Shown: positions 16,467 through 26,628 of the stretch, in pieces
Layout of the letters: each line of letters starts with the position of its first letter
Numbering within the stretch: position 1 is the first letter of the stretch
Source of the DNA: a virus
Taxonomy: Duplodnaviria > Caudoviricetes
Reading direction: 5' to 3' (one strand)
Length of the DNA stretch: 40,749 bases
IMG/VR virus record: IMGVR_UViG_3300029183_000200
Coordinates: 1-40,749 of that record
Notes under the pieces: generated by a model
What the model was told of the DNA's origin: nothing
The model's database searches: none
Seen by the model: only the letters and a program-made list of their open reading frames with translations
Made by a program: the position numbers and the translations under genes

Positions 16467-19400
16467 TCTAGTTCCCCGCGCCTTTGTAACTCTTGCTCTA
16501 TAGCCCTGACAACAAACGGCTGGTTCAGCCTGCGAGCGTCTTCAAGCCTCGCCTGGAGCACAGGGGTGAACTGCCCGCGCAGGTTGCCGAACCTGAGAAG
16601 GTCTTCGCCGCGCCTACGCTCCAGTTCTGCTGCGACACCCTCTGCGAACTCAGGTCGCTCTTCAACCAGTTCCCTCAGTTCGGAATTTCTCAGGGATCGG
16701 AAGTTGACCCCAGATGTTTGGGCGATCTGACCAGTAACTCCAAGTCTGGACTCAGCGGCAGGGAATACGTTTTGCAGTGCTGGCACGCCCTCACTCGCCG
16801 CACCAACAGCGGCTTGCACACCAATCGGTGCTCCGAGATCCAAAGCCGCTTGCCCGACCCTCTGCCCCGGTGTCTGCAACGGTTCGCCAAAGAAGTTCTC
16901 CCCTGAACCTAGTTGGTTATGAATTGCTCTTGGAAGCACGTTTGTCCTCGCGCCAGCTGCAGATAGCGGGTCTAACGCCCAGTTGAAGGCTGTGTCCATC
17001 TGACCCACTATGTCCATGTGAACCGGAAGGTCGTTCCTGCCGCGGACGAACGGCATCTCCGGTGAAAGGAAGCGAGTGTTGTATCCCGGTGCAAAAGGCG
17101 TAAACCCATTGTCGGTGTCTATCGGGTTGTAAGAGCCGGATGGCAATGCCTTCCCTGTTGCGGCAAAGTGAATGGCGTTTGCTATCCCTGCCATAAAGAT
17201 GAACATGCCGACGTACCACTGGGCAAACTGCTGGAAGTGAGGGTTTCGTGACGCACGAAAACTTGTCAGCCCTGACCGACCAAACCCGGGGCGAGTTTTT
17301 TGTACGTCTACACCCAACGCCCTGATAGCACCGCGTATCAATGACTCAGACTCATTTGTTGAGAAGATGACCGATCTGGTTAGAGACCTCAAGTCGTCGC
17401 CAGCAAACCGCATGATGGTCTGCCAGTCTCCCAGAGTGGAGAACATGACGTTGACCTGGTCTGCTGCGGCTCCTGCGATCTGCTGAACTGTCCAGTCCGG
17501 GTGCTGCCGCCTGAGCGATGGGATGATGAAGTTCTTCAGTGCATGAGTTTGAGCAACGGTGTACACACCCTCGAACAGTCCTCTCTCGAAGAAGTTCTTG
17601 GCATCGTTCAACCCGTTCAGAACTTGGTTACGACCTTCAGCACCAACCGCTTCGTCTATGTGGTCTAGGAACGCGCGCTGGATAACTGAACGGTCTCCAG
17701 TGACTTCCCATCCGTTCTCAACAACATCTCTCAGAGAGATCTTGAAGTTCTTGTAGAGTGGCTTACCTGACAGCAACTCTTTCTGAAGGCTCTCACGCGC
17801 TGCAGGCCACCACTGGGCACGGAACATCTGCGCAACCATCGAAGGTGCTTTCAGGAAGTTCCCTCGTACCAATGATTCGGGCGCAAAGAGAGAGCCGCCA
17901 GCACGGGATACGAAGTCGATGTGCTGGAAGAACGATGCAAGCAGCTTCCCGCGCTTGAGAGCATTAGAGCCAGTCTCAAACTTCCTGAGCCATTCCTTGT
18001 TCGTCCTGCCGCCACCCCATAGAGTCTCCATCTCGTCTGCTATCCGATTTGGAGTGGCAAACCTCTGAGAGAAGATGGTGTTCCCGTTGTCAGCAATAGC
18101 GACAGGGCGACCCTCGAATGCAGGGCCTATCTTTGGCACTCTCCAGCCTTCAGGAGCCTCGTCTATCGACTTAACCAACCCATGCTGCTTCAGGATATGA
18201 ATGGCCTTGACCTGTTCCCTGTACTCGACACCAGCAAGTCGGCGCATCGACATCATTGCAAACGGGTTCCACGATGCAGGTTCCAGCCCTGAGTCTAGGA
18301 GTTCAGTAAACGTTGCATCAGTTCGCGGCCTCGTAAATCCCGGTCGAGTACCAACGGATGAAGCTCCCTGTTGCGGACGCTGCTTCCAGCCGCGGGGAAA
18401 GTAATCAGGATGGGCAGCCATCCTAGCAACAAAGTTCTCTGCGTCCAGCCCAAACATCTGAACATTGTCCTGGCGACCTTTTTCAAGGAACCGGAGCATG
18501 TCCTGAGTTTCTGCATCTATAAGCCTCTTGAGATCAAGATACACGATCTGGAACTCTTCTGGTAACTGCCGCCAGTCAAACTCTCCATGCAACGCTTTGA
18601 ACAGGTTTTCCATCTCAGGAGTACGAGTGTTCGCATTCCTAATACCAGCCTGCCTGAGAAGGTCTTCTCCCTGTTTGAACGACTCGTTGATCTGAAGTCG
18701 CTCAAGGTTCCGAGCACCTGACCACTTCCTGAACACACCGGTCTGTACCGATTCATGTACCGGGATCTGGAAGTCGTCGCCCATAGCAACATGCGGCTGG
18801 CGCGGAGGCGGGATGTCATCGCCGCCCATGATTGCTGTGCCGGGCTTGCGCGGTGGAGGGTTCCCGCCTGCTGCCTGCTGGACACGCGCTGCCGCAATCT
18901 CCTGTTCTAGCTGAGCGAGTTCGTTGTCAATGGAGGATGCTGGAGTATCCGGTGCGGTGCGGGCAATCGTCTCCTGAGCCTGCTCTACTTCTCTTGCTAT
19001 GCGTGGAGTGGAGTCACCAGTCTGCTGAACAGTCTCTGCTGCAGCGCGGAAAGTCTGGCGAGAATCAGAAAGATTTGCTAATTGAGTTTGCAGATTTCTT
19101 AGTTCGCCCCGAAGTTGCGATATCGAAGGAGTGTTGACATCCCTGAACACGCGCTGGCGTGCCTGTTGAACAATAAGAGGGTCTATACCTGCAAACCAGT
19201 CCGGTTCTGTCGGGTTCAGTCCTTCATGTCGGGCAACCGCCCTTACCTCTTGATTTGTCAGCCCCCTCGCCCATGACGGCCTGATAAGAGAGCCGCTTTC
19301 CTGCTCGATCTGAAGAGACAGCTCGTCTATGCGGCTGGCAATCCTGTCGGTTTCAGGGATGTTCTGCATGAATGTATCGACATCATCAACCTGCGTCGTC

Positions 19401-20299
19401 GAAACGCGGTCGAACCCACCTGAAGCTGATGGCCTGAACTCATCCACAATGTCCAACGCTTCAGCCTGTCCGACAGGACTAACCTCGTCTATCGCACGGC
19501 GCACCTGAGTGCCGTCTGGGAGAACTTCTGTGACGGTACGTGCCGTGTTTCGTGCAGCGGATTCAGCGGCTTCTCTTGCAGCAGTGCGAACAACTCGGCC
19601 TGTTCGTGAGGCCAGTGCTGCGCCCGGAACTACGTTAAGCGGATCGAACACAACCTCTGCTCCGACCTTGACCGGGGTTGGAATGTCCGACTCGTTAAAT
19701 GCGTCTCTGCTAGGCTGAAGCAGGATTTGCTCTCTGAGCGATGCTTCCTGCCGTCGTCGCTGGACATCTGATACAAACCGCTCAAAAGCGTCATCGCCGG
19801 GAATAACCGGCCCGACTACCGGAGCAACAATCGTCTCGGTTCCAAGCGAACCTCCGGTCTGTGCTAACGCCTCTGAGGCATCTAGAAGATCAGCGACGCG
19901 CTGAACATCATCTCTTGCCCCAGGCCTTATGCGAGGGTCATCGGGGTTAACAAGTATCGACAAATCCTCTGCAGCAGATTGTCCCTGTTGCCTGAATGGA
20001 CGAGTTCCCGGCTCAAGCACATTCTCTTCTATTGCACGCCCTGCGCCCAGCGCACCCCTGCCTGCGGCTCCAGCAGCACGCCCTATGGTCTGGTCGAAGA
20101 AGTTTCTGAACAGGTTCTCTTTCGGCTCGCCTGTCTGCGCCTCCAGTTCAGTCGCCTGAGCATCGACATGCGTGAACAGCTTACGAACAGCATCGGGGTC
20201 TTCAAGGTTCAGCCTGCCCTCTCCACCGGAAACCTGTTGAGCCACAGCATCTGCGAACTGCAGAAACTGCGGGTCTACGTTTAGAGGGCGTGAAACCAA
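16463..20299 (-). CDS. large internal virion/ejection-type protein (1278 aa)
   Basis: Large helical protein between portal and scaffold; DPLN motif; TTG start. Confidence 0.6.
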   Translation of the reverse strand: MVSRPLNVDPQFLQFADAVAQQVSGGEGRLNLEDPDAVRKLFTHVDAQATELEAQTGEPKENLFRNFFDQTIGRAAGAAGRGALGAGRAIEENVLEPGTRPFRQQGQSAAEDLSILVNPDDPRIRPGARDDVQRVADLLDASEALAQTGGSLGTETIVAPVVGPVIPGDDAFERFVSDVQRRRQEASLREQILLQPSRDAFNESDIPTPVKVGAEVVFDPLNVVPGAALASRTGRVVRTAAREAAESAARNTARTVTEVLPDGTQVRRAIDEVSPVGQAEALDIVDEFRPSASGGFDRVSTTQVDDVDTFMQNIPETDRIASRIDELSLQIEQESGSLIRPSWARGLTNQEVRAVARHEGLNPTEPDWFAGIDPLIVQQARQRVFRDVNTPSISQLRGELRNLQTQLANLSDSRQTFRAAAETVQQTGDSTPRIAREVEQAQETIARTAPDTPASSIDNELAQLEQEIAAARVQQAAGGNPPPRKPGTAIMGGDDIPPPRQPHVAMGDDFQIPVHESVQTGVFRKWSGARNLERLQINESFKQGEDLLRQAGIRNANTRTPEMENLFKALHGEFDWRQLPEEFQIVYLDLKRLIDAETQDMLRFLEKGRQDNVQMFGLDAENFVARMAAHPDYFPRGWKQRPQQGASSVGTRPGFTRPRTDATFTELLDSGLEPASWNPFAMMSMRRLAGVEYREQVKAIHILKQHGLVKSIDEAPEGWRVPKIGPAFEGRPVAIADNGNTIFSQRFATPNRIADEMETLWGGGRTNKEWLRKFETGSNALKRGKLLASFFQHIDFVSRAGGSLFAPESLVRGNFLKAPSMVAQMFRAQWWPAARESLQKELLSGKPLYKNFKISLRDVVENGWEVTGDRSVIQRAFLDHIDEAVGAEGRNQVLNGLNDAKNFFERGLFEGVYTVAQTHALKNFIIPSLRRQHPDWTVQQIAGAAADQVNVMFSTLGDWQTIMRFAGDDLRSLTRSVIFSTNESESLIRGAIRALGVDVQKTRPGFGRSGLTSFRASRNPHFQQFAQWYVGMFIFMAGIANAIHFAATGKALPSGSYNPIDTDNGFTPFAPGYNTRFLSPEMPFVRGRNDLPVHMDIVGQMDTAFNWALDPLSAAGARTNVLPRAIHNQLGSGENFFGEPLQTPGQRVGQAALDLGAPIGVQAAVGAASEGVPALQNVFPAAESRLGVTGQIAQTSGVNFRSLRNSELRELVEERPEFAEGVAAELERRRGEDLLRFGNLRGQFTPVLQARLEDARRLNQPFVVRAIEQELQRRGELE

Positions 20300-20548
20300 T
20301 TAAACCTCTTGTTCCTGCGGTTCTTCCCAGTACAAAGTCACATGCTTGTGAGGCTCGTCAGGATAGTCATGCTCGTCACCGCATGGATTATCCGCATCAT
20401 GGTGGTATGAACGGATATCCTCCACATAAGGCTTGTCTCCCCATTCTCTCCGTAGGCTCTTGCGAGCCAACTTCATTGCTCTGCGTTCAATATTTGGAGT
20501 AGATATCTTGTCTGCAATTACAGTGACGACTCCAAGAGTGTTACTCAT
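20300..20548 (-). CDS. hypothetical protein
   Basis: ORF fills the gap exactly; AAGGTG RBS. Confidence 0.65.
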   Translation of the reverse strand: MSNTLGVVTVIADKISTPNIERRAMKLARKSLRREWGDKPYVEDIRSYHHDADNPCGDEHDYPDEPHKHVTLYWEEPQEQEV

Positions 20549-20556
20549 ATTTCACC

Positions 20557-20889
20557 TTACGAATCGAATAAGAACCTTGCCGCTGACGTAAGCCCTGACT
20601 GCCTGTTAGGCCTCTCCCTTCTGAACTGCCTGCCAAAGTCTAAGTTATTGACGAAATCCGTAAACGACTCTTCTGGCGTCAGTCCTGCCTCAAAGCTGTT
20701 GCCTAACTCCCCGAGGAAATCGTTGACTACCCGGTTGAAAAGTCCAGAAAACAGGTCTCTCTGAGAACCAGTCTGAAGGAATTCAGGCCGAGCCTGCTCG
20801 AAGATCGTGCGCAGTCCTTCCTGCGTACCTTCAAGGTCTTGCAGGTTGAACGGATTGCTGTTGTCTTCTGAGAAAGGCTGGCTGACCAT
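20557..20889 (-). CDS. hypothetical (putative ejection) protein
   Basis: Operon packing, Phe/Gln-rich. Confidence 0.65.
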   Translation of the reverse strand: MVSQPFSEDNSNPFNLQDLEGTQEGLRTIFEQARPEFLQTGSQRDLFSGLFNRVVNDFLGELGNSFEAGLTPEESFTDFVNNLDFGRQFRRERPNRQSGLTSAARFLFDS

Positions 20890-20892
20890 TTG

Positions 20893-21813
20893 CTAGATAC
20901 CGAACTGTCTTGCTGAGAAGTCGAAAAAGTTGTCCGGTGCGACACCACGCGCCAACCCTCTCTCGAACCTGTCGCTAAAGCTAGAGTTTGTCGGGTTGAA
21001 CAGGTTGGCTACGAACGCCCCGAACCGGTTCTGAGACGCAGCGCGAGCGAGGTCTCTTACCTGGTTAAAGGCGTTCTGTCCCTGCTGAGTCCCAATGTCC
21101 GGTGACAGGAACAGTGAGGCTTCTGGATTGCCCTGTGCTGCACGGTTTCTGACATCGTTAAAGACATCAAGGGCAATCGAACTTGCTTCTGGCAAACGAT
21201 TTGCAAAGAACGCTTCCAACGCACCGGCCTGCTCACCGATAGGAGCCAGTGCCCCGGCACGTGAGCCTACAGTCAAAGCCGGAGAGAGGCGGTTGAACGC
21301 CTGATTCAGCGTGCTTCCTAGTGGCCCTTCAGGATTGAACCCGCGACTCTGAAGTGCATTCTGGAACGATGCGAACGGGAAGTTCTGCACATCCACAGGC
21401 AACTCGCCGGGAGGCACTGAACCGGAAGGAGGACTGCCCACTCCAGAACCACCGGGGTTCAAAGGGTTGGGGATAGACCCTCCGCCCGGCAGAGGCTGAC
21501 CGTCAGGGCCAAGCGGGCCTGTGCCTGGAGTGTCTGGGTTGACGCCCCCGATGCCAGTGCCGATAGCCTCTCTTATGTCATCTATGGTTTCCTGCGTGGA
21601 GCCTGGCCCTTCCCGCTGAAAGAAAACATCTCCCGCCTGCAGATCTGCGGCTGTAGCAGTCCCAACCAGTTGAGCACCCGCAATGACTTCCTGTGGCGAC
21701 TGCGTCTCAGAAGTAAGACTTGGAAGCCTCTGGCTGAGAATCCTGCGGGCTTCAGCCTCAGTAGACGCTTCAACGAATACTCGGCCTATTCCCGGCACTT
21801 GAAATACGAACAT
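20893..21813 (-). CDS. putative ejection/internal protein with Gly-Pro linker
   Basis: AGGAG RBS, directly downstream of the portal. Confidence 0.6.
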   Translation of the reverse strand: MFVFQVPGIGRVFVEASTEAEARRILSQRLPSLTSETQSPQEVIAGAQLVGTATAADLQAGDVFFQREGPGSTQETIDDIREAIGTGIGGVNPDTPGTGPLGPDGQPLPGGGSIPNPLNPGGSGVGSPPSGSVPPGELPVDVQNFPFASFQNALQSRGFNPEGPLGSTLNQAFNRLSPALTVGSRAGALAPIGEQAGALEAFFANRLPEASSIALDVFNDVRNRAAQGNPEASLFLSPDIGTQQGQNAFNQVRDLARAASQNRFGAFVANLFNPTNSSFSDRFERGLARGVAPDNFFDFSARQFGI

Positions 21814-21825
21814 TGCTAAATCTCC

Positions 21826-23787
21826 TTATCCGAACTGCTGTGTCTGTTCGGGAGTAGCAAGAGTTATCCCGATTGAGTTCGCCGCTGCCTCTCGGCTCTG
21901 GCGTGGTGCTGAAGTGTTAAATCCTGCGTCTGGTGATGGCTGAACCGATCCCGGTGCAACGCCTGAAAGCCCGAATAGCCGAGGATCTATGTTCCTGAGC
22001 GGGTCTTGAGCCTCCGGGTTGGCACTCTGGTCGGTCTGTCTCTGTGCGCCTGCAGTAATGGCCTGCAACGGGTTCTGGAACAGCATCGTGAGGAACGCTA
22101 TCTTCTGAGCGAACCTCTGCATAGCCTCGTCATTGATTAGCTTCTGCATCTCACGTTCCAGTTCCTCGACAGTCGCCTCGTCTCCCCGGCGTTCTGCAGC
22201 AACCATTTGGGTCGTAAGAAGCATGTTCGGCGTGGAAGTGCGCGCCATCTGGGCGAAGATGCGCTCTGCCTCAAGGTCTGAGTCCTGCATCTTGAGAATA
22301 TCTTCCCATGCCGTGAAGTGAGATACCAGCGGCATCCCGTTCGGCCCCGGCTGCGTGGCAAGTTGTGCGGCAAGCCAGCGTTCCTGCTGATCCTGCGGCC
22401 TCTCCGCTACCAACTCTACCGTGATCCTGTCCCTGCCATTAATATCCTCTGGCTTGATCGTCCTGACAAAGCCCTTGCGGTCGCGCGTGCGTCCTGAGAC
22501 CTTGATCGGCTTGTACCGCCCTGTCTCAAACTGAGATGCCAACGCTTCCAGCCCTGCCTCTAAGCAGGACTCGATTGGACGGACGAACGGCTCAAGTCTC
22601 TGCGCTTCTGCCGCTCCGAGAATAGCGAGAGCATTACCTGAGAGCGGAGACGGGATTCGACCGAAGGACTGCGGAGGGAGTGTTGCGTCTGAGAACTCTG
22701 CGTCGGCAAGAGCCTGCATCGAGTCCACATCGCGGGTCATCTCCTGAACCTGAAGCGGAACTATGTCCTCACCGTTCTCAGTCGAAAGAGAAATCTCGGT
22801 CGTATCCTCGTCGATGTCGCCCTCGATCTCCTTCTCTCCGTCGAGAGACATAACCTTCTGTATCTGCATGACAGAACGGCGCGCCATCGTCAAACGGTAC
22901 GAATTTAGCCGATTGATGTAAGGGACAAGGTTCCTGACAGGAGCGAACACCGACTGCGCGAAATGCTCAATATCGCTGATCTGGATGGATTCCGTGGAGT
23001 CCTCTCGCAGTGTCATGTTGCCGCTACCCGTGGAGTGAGCACCGACTGCGCGTGCGACTATCGGAAACCGTTTGGCAAAGGTGTCTGCGGGGCGTTTTGC
23101 CCACTTTCCTTCGACAATCACAGCATTCCAGAACTTGCCGTCTTCCTTCCAGTAATAGTCAGTGACCTGGTGGGTCTGTGACTCGTCCTCATCCTGTTCG
23201 TCCTCGAAAGTGAACTTCGGGTACTCCGCACGAATGGATGCCCGGTCTCGGCGCGTGATAATGGCAGCGGCAACCGGACCGCGGTCTCCGAATTGGATAA
23301 GCAATTGCCGCGGCTTGATAGGTGTTATGTCAACTATCGTCTCGCCGTCAGAGTCTTTCCTGAGCAGGAAGCGCGCTGCAACGTACCCGCCCTGCACAAT
23401 GGCGTTCAGGGCAAGCTGCGTCCTGAGCGGCTGTGCTCCAGAGTCCTCTAGCTTTTGGTCAGCAATCTTGAGCATTCCGATTGAGAGGCGTTCGTAGTTC
23501 TCGTCCTTCTCACGTTCCTCACGGGAGTCGTGATCCATCTCGGTGCGGATGATCTGGTTTGCGCCTGCAATGACGCCTATCAGCTTGTCAGCGACGATAC
23601 GTGGCTTTGAAGATGTGAACGCTTCTTCTGCACGCACTCCGTCGCCCCTGGGCGGGATGAACGGCTTCAGGTTGTAGAGTTCCCAGTCATCGTCCATGAC
23701 GCGGAAACGTGCTCCCCATGCGTTCTCACGCCGCGAGACCCAGTCGAGGATCTGTTCAATCTTCTTCTTGCCTGTAGATGGAGGCAT
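21826..23787 (-). CDS. portal protein
   Basis: 653 aa directly after TerL; LPPQSFG..LSGNAL motif and helical C-terminus. Confidence 0.85.
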   Translation of the reverse strand: MPPSTGKKKIEQILDWVSRRENAWGARFRVMDDDWELYNLKPFIPPRGDGVRAEEAFTSSKPRIVADKLIGVIAGANQIIRTEMDHDSREEREKDENYERLSIGMLKIADQKLEDSGAQPLRTQLALNAIVQGGYVAARFLLRKDSDGETIVDITPIKPRQLLIQFGDRGPVAAAIITRRDRASIRAEYPKFTFEDEQDEDESQTHQVTDYYWKEDGKFWNAVIVEGKWAKRPADTFAKRFPIVARAVGAHSTGSGNMTLREDSTESIQISDIEHFAQSVFAPVRNLVPYINRLNSYRLTMARRSVMQIQKVMSLDGEKEIEGDIDEDTTEISLSTENGEDIVPLQVQEMTRDVDSMQALADAEFSDATLPPQSFGRIPSPLSGNALAILGAAEAQRLEPFVRPIESCLEAGLEALASQFETGRYKPIKVSGRTRDRKGFVRTIKPEDINGRDRITVELVAERPQDQQERWLAAQLATQPGPNGMPLVSHFTAWEDILKMQDSDLEAERIFAQMARTSTPNMLLTTQMVAAERRGDEATVEELEREMQKLINDEAMQRFAQKIAFLTMLFQNPLQAITAGAQRQTDQSANPEAQDPLRNIDPRLFGLSGVAPGSVQPSPDAGFNTSAPRQSREAAANSIGITLATPEQTQQFG

Positions 23788-25436
23788 TAGCTCGCTCGTC
23801 TCATTTCACGGATGATGTCGCGGACATCTCTGGAAGCACGGTTCCGCTTTTTCTGCTTGATCTTCGAGGACTTTCTGCCAGTAAGTGTATGCCCTAACTG
23901 GTTTATGAACAGATAGGTGAGCGCGCGCACAGCGTCACAGTATTTATCTTCGGGCGTCTTGCCTATTACCTGTCCTGTGCGGTCAGTCGCCCACCTGTAC
24001 GGATGGATCTCCCCCGAATTGGGGTGTCCTGCCGGATACGGCATCCCGCCAAATTCAGCTGCCGCGCCCATCATCGAAGGTGAGATTGCAAACACCGGCT
24101 GTCCACAATTGGAGTCTACGCAGAGGTTGAGCATCGACTGCATCCGGTAGATGCCAGGAAGGATGTTGACCTTCTCTGACATGCAGACCATACCGGTCTC
24201 TTTGCGCCAAACCTCTTTAACCGGGTCTGATGCTCCTGCATGGTACGTTCCTGCAATGTCAATAACGCCGACCTTGTGCGGATTCTTCCACCAGAACCGA
24301 CCCATTGCGATCTCGCAGATCTTCTCGTTCTTCAGTTTCGTCTCGTATATCTCGTCAATGCCCCAGAAGTGCTGTCTACCGCAGGGGAGATGCCGACGTT
24401 GCACGACCTCTACTGCATACGACGAGGGCTGGCCTGAGAAGCCGGGGTCGATGCCGATAAGCACAGGCTCTTCAGGGTTGTACTCCGCATCTTCTGGAAG
24501 GATGTGAACGGTCGGGTCGAACGTCTCGAACACCCTGCCCTTTGGCGGCGATGGAATGGCTAAGACACGTTCCTTGTACTCGTCTTCTGAGAGGTCGGCG
24601 CGCATCTGCCGTATCTCTGGGTCTCGGTCTCCCTTCTTATAGATGAAGATGTTGGAGAACGAGGGCATTGAGAACGACTTGGCGTTATCTCTTGTCTGGT
24701 TTGCAGGGAGTTGCCACTTCGAGTAGAGCGTGGGATACCAGCCTGTCGAACCCTCAAAGGTCGAGATCATGATGATCGCACCGTAGCCGGGGAAGTCAGC
24801 GCGGGCGCGGGCGACACGGGAGCGAAGCCGGGTGTACGTATCGTAGGTGCAGATTGCGGCCTCGCAGAGCAGGACGAACACCGGTGATTCCATCCTGAGC
24901 GCAGCCATGCCGTCGTCTGATGACTTGGTCTTTATCTTGAAGACGCCGCCTGGAACCTGAATGTGAATCTCGCCAGGATCTACCTTCGAGTCGGCCTTGA
25001 GAATGGTCAGGTTCTTGGTCTGGTTGAGCCACGTTTTCAGGTACTCGAACTCACGAGATGTCTGCTCGTATGATGCACCGACCAGCCATGCGACTTCGTT
25101 AGCCGCCCTGCGTGAGCCGTTTGCGTGCTCCCCGAGAAAGGCCAAAAGAATCATGTACGCCTTCATCGCGCCTGTGAATGACTTTCCTACCTGCTCGCCA
25201 CCGGCTACGAGGCATGTGAGGTGGTCGTCTTCGAGAATGTCCAGCTGGTAGTTGTACGGGTCTTGCAGAGGCTTGCCGAGTTTCTTTCCGCACACGTGGC
25301 AGTTCTCCCCTGTAGGGACGTACCCGCACTTCCGGTGTTTGACATAGTCGGACGGCTCGAAGTCGCGCCAGATGGCCTTCTGCATAGCATCAATGGGGAA
25401 CTGGTGCAGGTTCGTCCTTGTGTCTGCCGTGACCAT
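23787..25436 (-). CDS. terminase large subunit
   Basis: Walker A GGEQVGKS, Walker B VLLCEAA, coupling motif STFEG, RNase H-like IGIDPG and DKYCDAVRAL. Confidence 0.93.
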   Translation of the reverse strand: MVTADTRTNLHQFPIDAMQKAIWRDFEPSDYVKHRKCGYVPTGENCHVCGKKLGKPLQDPYNYQLDILEDDHLTCLVAGGEQVGKSFTGAMKAYMILLAFLGEHANGSRRAANEVAWLVGASYEQTSREFEYLKTWLNQTKNLTILKADSKVDPGEIHIQVPGGVFKIKTKSSDDGMAALRMESPVFVLLCEAAICTYDTYTRLRSRVARARADFPGYGAIIMISTFEGSTGWYPTLYSKWQLPANQTRDNAKSFSMPSFSNIFIYKKGDRDPEIRQMRADLSEDEYKERVLAIPSPPKGRVFETFDPTVHILPEDAEYNPEEPVLIGIDPGFSGQPSSYAVEVVQRRHLPCGRQHFWGIDEIYETKLKNEKICEIAMGRFWWKNPHKVGVIDIAGTYHAGASDPVKEVWRKETGMVCMSEKVNILPGIYRMQSMLNLCVDSNCGQPVFAISPSMMGAAAEFGGMPYPAGHPNSGEIHPYRWATDRTGQVIGKTPEDKYCDAVRALTYLFINQLGHTLTGRKSSKIKQKKRNRASRDVRDIIREMRRAS

Positions 25437-25771
25437 TAAGCGATCTCCGGTTCGATAAAGATTTCCAGCTTTTCGGCTGATGAGTTCGGATAGGTCTGGA
25501 TTGCCCCGCTTACGAACGTGACCTCAAACTCACCTTTGTACGTACCGGGAGTATCTGTGTCTCCCGAAGCCCACGTATATTTGACGATTCCAGACGCCTC
25601 CGTGACAGAGGTTACGGACTGCTCTGAGACCTTGACGACACCGCCTATGTCTGACATTGAGAACACGATGGTCGCACCGGTTACGTCTACTGCGTTATTG
25701 TCGCCGTCCTTCAGGGTTACCTGCAGGTCTGGCGAGGTATCGTTCTGCTTCATGAAAAACTGTGGCATCAC
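25436..25771 (-). CDS. BppU N-terminal-like protein (copy 3)
   Basis: MKQNDTSP..LKD..G.V.Y.W..GDTDTPG.Y.GEF.VT....TYPN. Confidence 0.75.
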   Translation of the reverse strand: MMPQFFMKQNDTSPDLQVTLKDGDNNAVDVTGATIVFSMSDIGGVVKVSEQSVTSVTEASGIVKYTWASGDTDTPGTYKGEFEVTFVSGAIQTYPNSSAEKLEIFIEPEIA

Positions 25772-26094
25772 GCGATTTCAGGCTCGATAATGACTTCAAT
25801 CTGCTTCTCTTTTGAGTTCGGGTACGAAGTAACATCTCCCGCAAGGTTCGTGACCTTAAACTCTCCGAGATAGTTACCCGGTGTGTCCGTATCTCCCGCA
25901 GCCCAGTCGTAGCGGACGGTTCCTGAAGGCCCATCGACTATCGTTGCAGCTGCGTTGAACTTCCTGTTCCCGCCAGAAGCGAGTCCAAAGAAGACGGAAA
26001 ACCCGGTAAGATTCTCGACGTTGCCCTCTCCGTCTTTCAGGACAGCCTGAATTGAAGGGGATGTGTCATTTTCCTTGATGTAGAACTTCGGCAT
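25768..26094 (-). CDS. BppU N-terminal-like protein (copy 2)
   Basis: IKENDTSP..GTVRYDWAAGDTDTPGNYLGEFKVT..SYPN. Confidence 0.75.
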   Translation of the reverse strand: MPKFYIKENDTSPSIQAVLKDGEGNVENLTGFSVFFGLASGGNRKFNAAATIVDGPSGTVRYDWAAGDTDTPGNYLGEFKVTNLAGDVTSYPNSKEKQIEVIIEPEIA

Positions 26095-26435
26095 CAGAAG
26101 ACCCTCTCTTCGACGATGACGTTCAGCTGCTCAGAGCGTGCGTTGGGCCATGTCCTGACGGTTCCATCTGAGAACGTGACCTGGAACTCTCCCTTGAACG
26201 TACCTGGTGAGGTAAGAACACCGGTCTCCCAGAAGTAACTGACGATGCCGAGAGCGGGATTAGGCACAGATGCAGGCCGGTTATTGATATTCCCGACGTT
26301 GCCTCCAATGTCAGACATGGAGAAGACGACGGTTGCATCTGTCAGGTCGATTGCGTTCTCGTCGCCGTCGAGAAGCGTGGCCTCGATAGCAGGGAGGTCG
26401 TCTGAGTCTTTTATGTAGAAGAACGATTCTGCCAT
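26094..26435 (-). CDS. BppU N-terminal-like protein (copy 1)
   Basis: IKDSDDLP..GIVSYFW..PGTFKGEFQVTF..TWPN. Confidence 0.75.
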   Translation of the reverse strand: MAESFFYIKDSDDLPAIEATLLDGDENAIDLTDATVVFSMSDIGGNVGNINNRPASVPNPALGIVSYFWETGVLTSPGTFKGEFQVTFSDGTVRTWPNARSEQLNVIVEERVF

Positions 26436-26437
26436 TT

Positions 26438-26626
26438 CTATTCAGTGACCACTGAGTTCTGCGATGCGACCAGTATCGTCTCAGTTGCTGATTCCTTGAG
26501 TCGCATTTTCATCTTCTGGTTTGTGGGGAGAACGACGACCCTTAGCGGCATCGCGGTCGGCGGCTCTGCGCCGCTGATCTCACCAGCTGCGAATCCGAGG
26601 TTGAGCAACCATCCGAGAGCAGCCAT
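26438..26626 (-). CDS. small hypothetical protein
   Basis: Operon packing; hydrophobic N-terminus MAALGWLLNLGFA. Confidence 0.65.
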   Translation of the reverse strand: MAALGWLLNLGFAAGEISGAEPPTAMPLRVVVLPTNQKMKMRLKESATETILVASQNSVVTE

Positions 26627-26628
26627 CT

